Below are positions 40,499 through 51,439 of a stretch of 64,000 nt of DNA, piece after piece. The position numbers were made by a program, and so were the translations under genes. The stretch spans positions 70,809,563 through 70,873,562 of the forward strand of contig NC_068984.1 in the NCBI RefSeq assembly GCF_001194135.2, given 5' to 3'. The DNA is from Octopus bimaculoides (Eukaryota). Positions within the stretch are counted from its first letter, which is position 1, and the number at the start of each line of letters is the position of its first letter. The notes under the pieces are model-generated. The model saw only the letters and a list, made by a program, of their open reading frames with translations. It made no database searches and was not told the DNA's origin.

Positions 40499-41010
40499 AA
40501 CCAGGCAGTGGATATGTTAGCATTTACATTGTTTTTTTATGGTATAAAAGACTGGCTACAGCAAATATTCTGCTCAATACCACAGATTTGCATGTCAGTC
40601 ATTTGACCCTAACCAATTGAGCATGTCCCTTGATTGCTGATGATATGTGCATCGCTGATCATGAGCAGAAGTAGTGGGGAGCATCATAGCCATGCATTGA
40701 GAGGAATTCTTTGGGGTTTGGATAATTCATCTTTGGAAACATGGGTGTTTTGTTCAACATCCTTAAACAACCCTTATTCAGGGACCTTTTGAATGGGAAC
40801 GGGCTACTCGATCTGAAGAAAAGTCTAACTGGGCTCCAGTTGCAAGGTCATGTGCTGTTTATCTTGATATGAGATCACCCTGTCGTGCACTATATTTGTG
40901 ATGCATGTACCTAGTCTATCCTTCTCAGATGGGTAGTCATGATGGGTACACTAGGCTTCATATATTTTACCCCAGTGTCACTTTGATGGCATGCATTGCT
41001 CTATCACTTA
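40499..41010 (+). mobile_element. ~540-bp non-coding dispersed repeat, copy 1 (small 5' deletion)
   Basis: Co-linear with 41359-41897 and 47137-47677; same 5' ACCAGGCAGTG and 3' end running into AAT. Confidence 0.9.
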
Positions 41011-41029
41011 ATAACAATGACAATAGAAT

Positions 41030-41345
41030 TTGGAGCATGTGAACAGTAAAGGTCGATGCTTTGTAGCATGCAAACAGTAAAGATCATGCCTATAGTAATT
41101 GGTGCATTGATAACAGTAATCCAAAATATAGACAAATGGATGAAGAAGGAGAATGAAATAGAATGCCTGATAGAGCTCCTACAGAACGTTTGTCTCTTAA
41201 GGACAGCAATGTTTATCAGAAGGATTCTAAGGACTTGAAAGTCTGTTGAAAACTTGTGGATACCTAAGGTTCCAGGTAGTAACCTGCTATCCACATGATT
41301 CCTACCAGGAGTAAAACCGAACCTGAACCAAACCAAAATATAAAT
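41030..41345 (+). mobile_element. 3'-terminal fragment of a second RLE-type (R4/Dong-like) retrotransposon
   Basis: ORF 41056..41238 VKIMPIVIGALITV...LQNVCLLRTAMFIRRIL matches the generic RLE C-terminus (PIVIGALG...LQK..LLGTA..LR.VL). Confidence 0.75.
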
Positions 41346-41358
41346 GTCCTGTTACAAT

Positions 41359-41897
41359 ACCAAGCAGTGGCTCTCATAGCTTGTGATCTTAACTGAGTGG
41401 AAGTATTATCATGTTTTGTAATGTTTGTAAAAGATGGGCTATAGCAAACATTCTGCTCAATACCACGCATTTTCATGTCAGTTGTTTGATCTTAACCAGC
41501 TGAGTATGTTCCTTGGTGGTTGACAATATATGCATCTCTGATCATGAGTAGAAGTAGTTGGGGAGCAACATAACCATGGGTTGAGAAGAACTCTTTGGGG
41601 TTTCAATATTTCTGGAAACATGAGTATGTCATTCAAATATCCTTAAACAACCCATATTCAAGGTCCATTTGTGTGGGATGAGCTACTCAACATGAAGAAA
41701 ATTCTAACTGGGCCCCACCTGCAAGGTCATGTGCTGTTGACCTTGATATGAGATGTCATGCACCTATGTCATGCACATATGGATGTGATGCCTAGCCTGG
41801 TGTACCCTTATGAGACATGTGTTCATGATGGGTACGTCAGGCTTTGTATATTTTACCCCAGTGTCATCTTGAAGGCACGCACTGCTCTTTCACTTAA
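41359..41897 (+). mobile_element. ~540-bp non-coding dispersed repeat, copy 2
   Basis: Co-linear with copies 1 and 3, more diverged. Confidence 0.9.
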
Positions 41898-42241
41898 TAA
41901 CAATAGTAATAAAAACAGACAATAGTCATAAATTACTACAACATCCTTATTTGTTAAATGCACATAAATATTTTTCTTTTCCTATATAGCAATATATTGC
42001 AAAAGATTACATACTATATTTACAACAGCATTCAAATGACATACTGACATACATTAATACAATATTAGTCACTAAATTCCTATGTATATTCTGAGAGATG
42101 CATCAGGCCTATTACCTATGCATCTCTATACATCTGCTGATATATATAGGTAGGCATGGTTAGATGAAATTAATTAATAAGAACATTCAGGAAAATAGTT
42201 TTTTTGGAAACAATTTTGCTAACATTTTCTGAAACATCATA

Positions 42242-42503
42242 AAATAAATAATAAATGCGCCCTTTTAAAGCCTAGCCAGGCTCATGGGCCTGGTTTCCTG
42301 GTTTCAATGGCGTATATTTTTCCTGGCTAGATGGGACGCCAGTCCATCGCAGTGTTACTCATTTTTGCCAGCTGATTGGACTGGAGCAACATGAAATGAA
42401 GTGTTTTGCGCAAGAACACAACGCGTCGCCCGGTCCAGGAATCGAAACCACAATCTTATGATCATGATGCTGACACCCTAACCACTAAGCCACACACCTC
42501 CAC
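42242..42503 (-). mobile_element. tRNA-headed SINE (family C head, different tail), perfect 14-bp TSD
   Basis: TCTGAAACATCATA at 42228-42241 and 42504-42517; rc head GGCTTAGTGGTTAGGG...GGTTTCGATTCC; core shared with 55160-55200. Confidence 0.92.
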
Positions 42504-43860
42504 TCTGAAACATCATAGTGGATTTAATTCTAATTGCAATTCCATGAAGATTCGGCTCTTGAAACTGTTCTCTGTTACACTTTAATTAAACCATTGTGGA
42601 CTTTTACTATGCAAAAACAATTTAGCTAGAAATTTTTTCCTGTTGGAAAATTAGATCATTAACATATTTTATTCACAATGGATGTAATAAACAAAATTTA
42701 AATATTTTTCAAATTTGTCCAAATTTTAAACATACATTTCTGTATGTGTTTATGAATTAATGATTAACAAAGTTTTAGTAGTATTCATTAGTATTTAGTA
42801 TTATTTATTAACACTAGGTAAACAAAATATAAACTTTTTCAATCTACATAATTAAAAAGATTTACAGTTTCCAAAATTTGGAAACAAAATCAATTGTTTC
42901 CTTTCTTATTCTCTCAGGTATGCTTTAATTACATCGATGTTGACCTAGGCATCTTTGTTTGTAGAAATAATGCAATATTATTTTGCTAAAAAGATTAGAA
43001 TATTTATATAATTTATAAACTTATGCATGCTTTTATATAAATAAACACCTATAATAAACAACTAAATAAAAGTCTTAAAAAATCTAATATTTCAAACCAA
43101 TAATCAATTGGAGTAGATTGGAAAATGATTTATTTGTAATTTTGTTTATGTATATACACCGTAAATAATTTTGCATACTTTAGATATAAGCATAAGATAA
43201 GGACTTTACTACATTAAGTATATTAATTTCAAATTATGTTTGGCACTTTAACACTCCAGTCAAGAATTATGAAAGAATTTGTTTTCCCACATTTCACTAG
43301 TCAATAAACAAAAAGAAAGCAACCATGAAAATCAATGTGTTATATGAACTGAGTAGAATAGAGTCAAATATTTTATTGACTTCAGAATATAACAGCATGC
43401 AGATTTTTCTAAAAATACAACATCAAATTATATGCATAATTCGTAATGAAACAAGTAATAGAAGTTAACTAAATTTCTGGAATGTGACAACTGAGAATTC
43501 TGTTAAAATAGAAAATAAATATTTCCATAAACCATACCTGAAAGAATCTTATTGTAATTATGTTGCTTTTAAATTTATTGTGTTGATCTCATTGGAATGA
43601 AAATGTATCTCTAAAAACTATATATAATTTTATTAAAGCAAAATTAATCTGCTGAATATGCAACTTTTAGCAAAATCAGTTGAGTAGTGAAATATCTTGT
43701 GTTATATTCAGTTATAATCCTTTGGATTCTGAGTAAAAGTCTTACAGAGGTCACCTTTATATTTCACTGTATCCAGACTGAAGTACCAGAGAGGTGGTCA
43801 CCATACAGTAAAAAAGTTTGTTTTGCAACTATGTGGTTCTGGAAAATAATTATTCATGCT

Positions 43861-44417
43861 AGAAGCAGTATTAGTACCAAAAGGTAATCTTTATGCCCAA
43901 CATAAAGGAGATGTCTTGTTAGAACATCGAATGCTGCAGTATTAACCTTGAGAGGTTATCTCATATAGATACATGGTTCATAAAAGTACAAACATGTATC
44001 ATAGCAGATGATGAGAATCATCTGTTTTGGATGCCAGAACTTCCAGATCATGCGATTATTGTTTACTGCACTTCTTTAGTAGGTTTATTAAAATTATTAT
44101 TAGCAATGGAAGCATTATTAGTATTAAAAGTCGTTCTTTATATCCTACTTAAACTAGTTGTTTTGTTGGAATACCAAATAATGTGGTATTAGCCTTCAGA
44201 AAGTTTAGTAGACTGAAATCACATGATCTGGCAGTTCAAGCACCCATAACAGAAGATAGAAGATTCTCTTCTGCTATGATGTATTTCTGTGCTCTTGTGT
44301 ATCATGTGTCTAGATGAGAGGACTTCTCAATGCTTATACTGCAGTATTCGGCATTCTAACAAGACATCCACATTAAGATAGACATAAAGATTGCATTTTG
44401 GTGGTAATATTGCTTCC
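43861..44417. repeat. Foldback element 1 (~215-bp imperfect inverted arms)
   Basis: Arms 43861-44075 and 44198-44417 align by eye, e.g. GATGTCTTGTTAGAA / TTCTAACAAGACATC; partial third arm copy at 44535-44595. Confidence 0.85.
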
Positions 44418-44722
44418 ATCTGTAATGGTTACTTTTTAATAAGCCTGCTGATTATTTGTGACTGAACCGACGATGAAATTCTATATCATGTCAAGATTTG
44501 GCTGGTATGCAGTCACTGAAAGTCTGCCATTGAGGAAGTCTAGTAAACTGAAATCACATGATCCAGTAGTTCTGGGACTCATAACAGACGATTCTTAACA
44601 CACCTTAATCCTAATCAGTGATTCTCAATGCACCTAGTGTTAAAGTCATTTCACCTTGTCAGCTTATAAGATTTCTATTGAAATCATACACAGATTTCAT
44701 AAATGGCAAATGTGAAAATTAT

Positions 44723-45321
44723 AAATAATATGGGTGGCTAATTTGCAATTTTATAACCTAAAGGCAGAAATATATAGGTTACAAAAGTGAACAAAGGGCA
44801 CTAATCAGCACCAGTATTGCTAGAAATAACAGTCAAATCAACTCAATAGCAACAGAAGCACAATCTTATTGAATTGACAAGGGAGACAAGCTCTCCACGG
44901 TTGAAGATATAACCAGATCATTGATGATTGCACAATCTGATGCTTAACACAACTAAATGCTCATTATTAATTATAATTTTCACTTTTACTGTTTATGAAA
45001 TGAGCATATGATTTCAACAGTATTCTAATAAGCTGTCACGGTGGGATGAGTTTAACCCTAGGCAAGGTGAGAGCCACCAATGAGCATTAAGATGCATTAA
45101 GCATCAAAATGCAAAATCATCGATGATCTAGCTGTATCTTCAAAAATAAGGAGCTTGTTTTTCTTGCCGGCTCATTAAGGTAGTGCTTCTGTGGCTATTG
45201 AGTTGTTTTAACTCTTATTTCTAGTAATACTGGTGCTGATTGGTGTCCTTTGTTCACTTTAGTGACGTATATATTTCTGCCTTTAGGTTATAAAATTGCA
45301 AATTAGCCAACCATATTATTT
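44723..45321. mobile_element. Foldback element 2 / long-TIR MITE (~243-bp arms)
   Basis: Arms 44723-44965 and 45079-45321; outer ~54 bp match with 1 mismatch. Confidence 0.9.
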
Positions 45322-45331
45322 ATATATATAT

Positions 45332-45380
<49 letters not shown>

Positions 45381-45582
45381 NNNNNNNNNNNNNNNNNNNN
45401 NNNNNNNNNNNNNNNNNNNNNNNNNNNNNNNNNNNNNNNNNNNNNNNNNNNNNNNNNNNNNNNNNNNNNNNNNNNNNNNNNNNNNNNNNNNNNNNNNNNN
45501 NNNNNNNNNNNNNNNNNNNNNNNNNNNNNNNNNNNNNNNNNNNNNNNNNNNNNNNNNNNNNNNNNNNNNNNNNNNNNNNNNN
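45381..45582. other. Assembly gap within (TA)n
   Basis: N run. Confidence 1.
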
Positions 45583-45609
45583 ATATATATATTTCACTGA
45601 ATTGTGTGA

Positions 45610-46125
45610 GCAGTGGCCAGAAAAACAAAACCCAAAACCCAAAATCCCTTCTATATTTGGAACAAAGTTTCTTGTAATGTTGTTTTCACATTTTGGTACA
45701 AAGCCCGCAATTTCAGGGGAGTGGGTTGTGGGTAAGTAGATTACATCGACTCCAGTGTTCAAATGGTACTTATTAAAATAAGTCCCAAAAGAACAAAAGA
45801 CAAAAGTGACCTCGGCAGAATTTGAACACAGAATGTAAAGATGGACGAAATATCACTAAGTATTTTTCCCCATGTGCTAACAATTCTGCCCTAAAGTTTC
45901 TTCTAATATTGTTTTCAAATTTTGGCACAAGGTCAGCAATTTGGGGGAGGGAGTAAGTCAGGATAATCAACTCCATTGCTCATGTGGTATTTATTTTTAT
46001 TGACCTTGAAAGAACAAAAGGCAACGTCAACCTCAACAGAATTTGAACACAGAATATAAGGATGGACAAAATAATGCTAAGCCTTTTGCTTGGTATGCTA
46101 ACAATTCTGCCAGCTCGTCACCTTT
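45610..46125 (-). mobile_element. Head-to-tail SINE family A copies (two full plus a 3' fragment)
   Basis: Repeated TTTC(A/C)(A/C)ATTTTGG(C/T)ACAA...GAATTTGAACACAGAAT...GCTAACAATTCTGCC units. Confidence 0.85.
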
Positions 46126-46775
46126 AAAATTTCTTGTAAAATTAATAAATACCAGAAATTTGTAAGCTTGCATCCATTACACAGCCACGTGCTTGGAGTT
46201 GAAACCACACATCACTTCCACCCCTACCAGTAGTAACACCGCTGCCATCACCACCACCACCACTGCCATCCCTATTACTACTACTACTTAGAAAGCAGAA
46301 TTTGAAGAATAGTAGATTTTTCAAGTAGTTCATTCTTAAGATGAGGGGCATTTACTATTTGTTTGTGGCATTAGATTATCATAATATATAGAAAGATTAT
46401 CTTATTGCCAGTGAAAATATGTAGTAACTGGTGTGCTACTATTAATCCTGCTACAAAGTGAAGAACAGTGACATTGAAAAATGGTAGAGAGAGACAATGA
46501 CATTAGATTCTCTTTAGAGCTTTGTGGAGAACAGTTAGCCATATAAATTATATATAGGTTTTTAATATTACTATTGAGAATATCTTACATGTAAATATAC
46601 CCATAGAAACACAACTAGACATTGATGAAACAGTACCATCATGATACCAGACAAATAAAATAAGTTAAATATTTTCTGCATCCTTTCATATTGCCTTTAA
46701 TTAGCAATAGCTGATTGCTAAGTTCACTTAAAAGTTTGAATAAAAAGTTTTGAAAATAATTGTATTTCCTAACAG

Positions 46776-46819
46776 GTTGACTCATTTGCATTGTTGGACA
46801 ACATAAACTATCGTAGACA
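46776..46819 (+). CDS. Candidate short coding exon E3 (VDSFALLDNINYRR), phase 0 to 2
   Basis: TGTATTTCCTAACAG acceptor, ACA|GTAACT donor; phase-compatible with E2 and E4. Confidence 0.3.
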
Positions 46820-47056
46820 GTAACTGTATAGAAAGATAAAGCACCTGTCTATTGTCTACAGAGTGATAAATTCCAACCTTCTTAAATTATTGTGGTGGCT
46901 AGACACATATGATCTGCTCATCCTTCTTTATAGCTCAATAGTTAGTATTAAATTGAGCAACAATGCATTAACTGATAATTTGCAATAATTTTTTTCTTTT
47001 TATAAATGCTGTTATGATATATTATTTTAAGGTAACAGAATATAAAATGCCCACAA

Positions 47057-47130
47057 GCATATGGCATAGTGGTTAAGAGTGCGGGCTACTAACCCCAATA
47101 TTCTGAGTTTGATTCTAGGCAGTGATCTGA
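47057..47130 (+). mobile_element. tRNA-derived SINE head (family D) with Pol III A and B boxes
   Basis: A box TGGCATAGTGG (47062-47072); B-box-like GTTTGATTC (47107-47115). Confidence 0.8.
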
Positions 47131-47136
47131 TGCAGT

Positions 47137-47677
47137 ACCAGGCAGTGACTCTCATGGTTTCTGATCTTAATTGATTGGAAGTGTTATCATATACATTGTT
47201 TTGTCTTGGTATAAAAGATGGGCTACAGCAAACATTCTGCTCAATACCACTGATTTGCTTGTCAGTTGTTTGACCATAACCAGTTGAGCATGTCTCTTGG
47301 TGGCTGACGATATGTGCATCTCTGATCATGAGCAGAAGTAGTGGGGGAGCATCATAGCCATGTGTTGAGAGGAATTCTTTGGGATTTGAATAATTCACTT
47401 TTGGAAACATGGGTGTCTTGCTCAACATTCTTAAACAAACCTTATTCAGGGACCTTTTGAGCGGGATGTGCTACTCGACCTAAAGAAAATTATAACTGGG
47501 CCCCACCTGCGAGGTCATGCGCTGTTTATTTTGATATGAGATCACCATGTAACGCACATATGGCTGTGATGCATGTGCCTGGTGTACACTTATCAGATGG
47601 GTAGTCATGATGGGTATAATGGGCATCGTATATTTTACCCCAGTGTCACTTTGATGGCATACACTGCTCTCTCACTC
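47137..47677 (+). mobile_element. ~540-bp non-coding dispersed repeat, copy 3
   Basis: Co-linear with copies 1 and 2; ends CTCTCACTC-(AAT)5. Confidence 0.9.
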
Positions 47678-47740
47678 AATAATAATAATAATGTCGAAAA
47701 ATACCTTAGGAATGAGAATCCAGGTTCAAAATTTCCCCGT

Positions 47741-47786
47741 GACACCTGATGAAGACTGGAGAGTATAACAGGCGAAACATTGTGTT
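47741..47786 (+). ncRNA. Minimal type I hammerhead ribozyme motif, partly decayed, within a PLE-like tail (47690-47845)
   Basis: GACAC-CTGATGA-A-GACTG[GAGAGTATAA]CAGGC-GAAA-CATT-GTGTT; stem I 5 bp, stem II with one mismatch, stem III broken by CG-to-CA decay. Confidence 0.7.
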
Positions 47787-47879
47787 AACAACAAACAAGA
47801 TGAGAACAAATATTGGTCAAATGTAAATAATGTAAATAAGAATATAAAATATCTCATATTATCTCATCTTCTTCATCCA

Positions 47880-48330
47880 CTTATACCTAGAACGTAGAGT
47901 TCTCAAGCATGTTTTCCATCATGCCTTGTCAGTAGCAACCATTTCCACTTGATCCAGCTAAACCCTGAAGCAAAACCAGCCAAGCTCATGGATGTCATCT
48001 AACCATTCTGTTTGCAGTCTACCCCTGGGTCACCTACAAGTTGGTTTTGCACATAAAACCTGTCCAGCAATTCTTTTATAAGACATTCTTACCACATGTC
48101 TAATAATGAAGCTGTGATTTCTCAATTCAGAGAAGTAGTGGCTTCACTTGCAGCGCCTCTCTAATCTCTAACCAGCACACTCTATTGAGTAACATTAATC
48201 TAAAGACCCTTCAGATTTGAAATATTCTACTGCTATATGCTATATGCTATATGCATAGATATTTTCCTGATTACAATCCTCATATTTGGCTTTAGACAAC
48301 TATCAGAAGTTGTCTGTAAATATATGAAGG
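47880..48330 (-). mobile_element. RTE-clade LINE 3' remnant
   Basis: Antisense LEIREALQVKPLLL*IEKSQL...CGKNV corresponds to the RTE motif IRE.L.VEPLLL.IE.SQL.W.GHV.RM. Confidence 0.6.
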
Positions 48331-49119
48331 CACAGAAGAACTGCAAAATTAATGAAACATGTAGTTACAGAAATGTTGATATTTTTGTCGGGAATTAAGA
48401 ATAAATAAATTCTAAGGCACTCACAGTGATGCAAAAATGCTAAAATTCAGTCATATTCAACTTCACACCCATAAAGAGAGGTATATTTTATGTAGTGAAT
48501 CAATCTGCTAGAAATAGCAGTCAATTCTCTCACAAATCACACCTTATTATCTTGTAAAGGTAATATGGATAATTGGATAACATGGTCATTGGTATTTTAT
48601 GACTGACAAAAATGCAAGATATCATGGCTAGAACACAACTGTTCATGATGTCTGCTAATCAAAAGACCAATGCTGGCTTGGAGCAAAACAACAATAATTG
48701 TCACAGCTATGCTACTAAGTAAATACTGATTAAATGCAATATTTATGTGTTTGTATGTGTGAGTGTGTATGCATGTGTGTGCATATGTATGTGTGCATAA
48801 TACAAGTATTGTAAGTAATCATACAACTTTATTAACTTTATGTATAAGATCAAACTAACCCAGCTTGTATATTTTATTGCTTCACATTAATGTTGTTGTT
48901 TTTTTATAGATTTATGATATTTTGATTGAAATTTCATGGCAATGTGAAACAAATGTGGCAAAATCTAAAATGCATCTGACATTTGAATGAAGAGTTTTGA
49001 GCTGGTATACAAATGCTCAGTTTTGACACAAACCATTCAAAATACTGAACAATTTTGATGCAAATTAAAGTAAAAATTGGAGCAAAGAACGATCCAGTTA
49101 TGAATAATACTTAACAAAT

Positions 49120-49500
49120 AGGCACAGGAGTGGTTGTGTGGTAAGTAGCTTGCTTACCAACCACATGTTTCCGGGTTCAGTCCCACTGTGTGGCACCTTG
49201 GGCAAGTGTCTTCTACTATAGCCTCAGGCCGACCAAAGCCTTATGATAGGATTTGGTATATGGAAATTGAAAGAGTCCCATCGTATATGTGTGTGTGTGT
49301 GTGTGTGCGTATGTATGTTCGTGTGTCTGTGCTTGTACCCCCAACATCGCTTGACAACTGATGTTGGTGTTTTTACATTCCTGTAACTTAGTAGCTTGGC
49401 AAAAGAGACTGATAAAATAAGTACTAGGATCACAGAGAATAAGTCCTGGAGTCGATTTCTTCGACTAAAGACGGTGCTCCAGCATGGACACAGTCAAAAG
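49120..49500 (+). mobile_element. SINE family B, full length, well preserved
   Basis: GGCACAGGAGTGGTTGTGTGGTAAG...CCGGGTTCAGTCCC...GCTCCAGCATGG. Confidence 0.95.
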
Positions 49501-49679
49501 AATATAATTTTTTTAAGTCTGTGCATGTATACAAGAATTATTGATATGCAATCTCTCCCAAGTTACAAAAAACAAAATAAGAATGGAACTCTAAACTGTC
49601 AAATGCATATGAACCAGAACCTATTTAAATAATTTTCATGGTGTCATACATTTGCATACTCCTTTTTCTTTTGTTTCAG

Positions 49680-49713
49680 TGTTGAAGATGCAGTTCAGTT
49701 AATATATCATTAA
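49680..49713 (+). CDS. Candidate terminal coding exon E4 (VEDAVQLIYH*)
   Basis: Strong acceptor CTCCTTTTTCTTTTGTTTCAG; phase 2 start; AATAAA near 50010 and 50158. Confidence 0.3.
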
Positions 49714-51439
49714 ATTATGTTATTTATCACCATAAGCTACAAACCAGATGTCTGTTCAAAAAAAACCTATCTAATTTTATTTTATTTGCTGAACTTTAGC
49801 TTAACATTCATGCATGTGTATGCGTGACTGAATGTGTATCACTTAATTTCCTCTCTACTAGTGGTAGAAAAAATATGGTTACAAAGTTAGTTACCAAAAT
49901 AAGAGTAAAATCAAAAGTAAACGTGTCGTTTACACTTAGATAGAGTCCTCCTTAGAAATAAAGAAAAGCATTTTATCCTAAAAATTAAAATATGTAAAAA
50001 AAAATGCATAAATAAATGAAAGTTATTTGCTTTTTCGTTTTTTTTTTCATGCATGATTTGGGGTTTTATTTTTATTGAGTTTAAATTTCAAAAGGAATAT
50101 TATCTGCATGGTTTGTATAATTTTTTCCTTCATTCCCACCTTCCCTTATTTCACATAATAAAAACTGTCTTAAAAACAAACAAGCACAATTAAATTTTGG
50201 GCAATTGCTGTTTATTTAAAATTATCTTCATGTTATCTAATCCCCATTGGAGTCCTTTGATGCCTGATCATTTACACCCAAATGATAAAAATAAAATATG
50301 TGCTTCTGAAGATTTTTAATTAGCTTCAGGCTAAATAAATTGAATTTTTCCTCCCCCCATCAAAAAAATAAAAAAATAAGACTAATGAACTTTATGATAG
50401 TGAATTTGGGAAACTGAACATTAGGGATATCACTTCAATTATCATTTGGTTGTTGGTATTGTTGATGAGCTTCCCGTTCCCATCAATTCTGATCAAATAG
50501 ACTTGAGATCAAATAGATCCATGATCAAAAGTATTCTGGAGGCATCCATTCTTTCGTTTTTCCAGACATTTTCCAACAGGTTCTTTCTTTCTAAATATGA
50601 TGTGTTGTGGTTTTATGAATATTTGTGCTGCTGATTCCAGCAGTGAGTGTGTAATGTGTTCAATGTGCTGTGCTACATTAACAAATATAAATATAGTCAT
50701 TAATCAGTACCAGTGTTTCCAGAGTGTGTCTAAGACAAAACTATCCAGTGTATCTTCATTTAAGAGAGTAAGGTGTAATTCAAGAGAACTTGGTTGCTTT
50801 TTCTCAGGATGAGTAACCATATAGAAGCTTCTTCTATAGGTCTGTTTATTATCAATCTATAAAACTAAATATCTCATCAGGCTTTCTTAATATTCATCAT
50901 TAAAACAGACACACACATAGGTTCAAGTTTATAGGTGATAAAAACGATGGTTGGGTGACACTCATGCCTTTCTCACAGTTAAATGATGTGGTTACAATTT
51001 GTATTTAGAATTGCACATCGGATTTATCTTGTTTGGTTTTAAACTTTATTGAAAATGTTGTTGACTTTATTTACTAATATACTTTTGTAATATTTTCTTT
51101 TCTGCTTGCAAATGGAATTTTTATACAGAAGTTAGAATTACAGTAAAGTAATTTGGTGTGTCTGGTAATAAGTACTGGTACTTATTTTATAACATGTTTA
51201 TAGAGATCATCATTGTTATCGTCATTTTATGTCTGCTTTCTATGTTAGTATAAGTGAACAATTTATTTCTTATACAAATCACACCCTGCTGCCTTAAATG
51301 AGCTAAGATGCTTGGATAACAGTGATAGAAAGTGGTGGATGATTATGCTGGGAGCATCTTTGCTTATAGGTCTGCCCTATCAGTGCTAATCTTGGTTTAA
51401 AATACTGCAATATTAATATTTAACATTGGAACAAATTAG

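Noticed and set aside
40499-41010. 28S rRNA origin for the 540-bp repeat
   Set aside because: Only short matches (TCTGCTCAATAC, GAGAGGAA) whose spacing is not co-linear with 28S as I recall it; not supportable without an alignment.
42536-42570. Hammerhead-like AAGA/TCTT-GAAAC
   Set aside because: The CUGANGA core is absent.
43777-43807. Plus-strand micro-exon (TEVPERWSPY)
   Set aside because: Good acceptor but weak donor, and it would shift the frame of the candidate chain.
47057-47130. tRNA gene
   Set aside because: A/B boxes are present but there is no complete cloverleaf or acceptor stem; like the other SINE heads it continues into repeat sequence.
50394-50856. NUMT or selenoprotein explanation for the TGA-only stops
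   Set aside because: The peptide resembles no mitochondrial protein, and no SECIS element was recognised.
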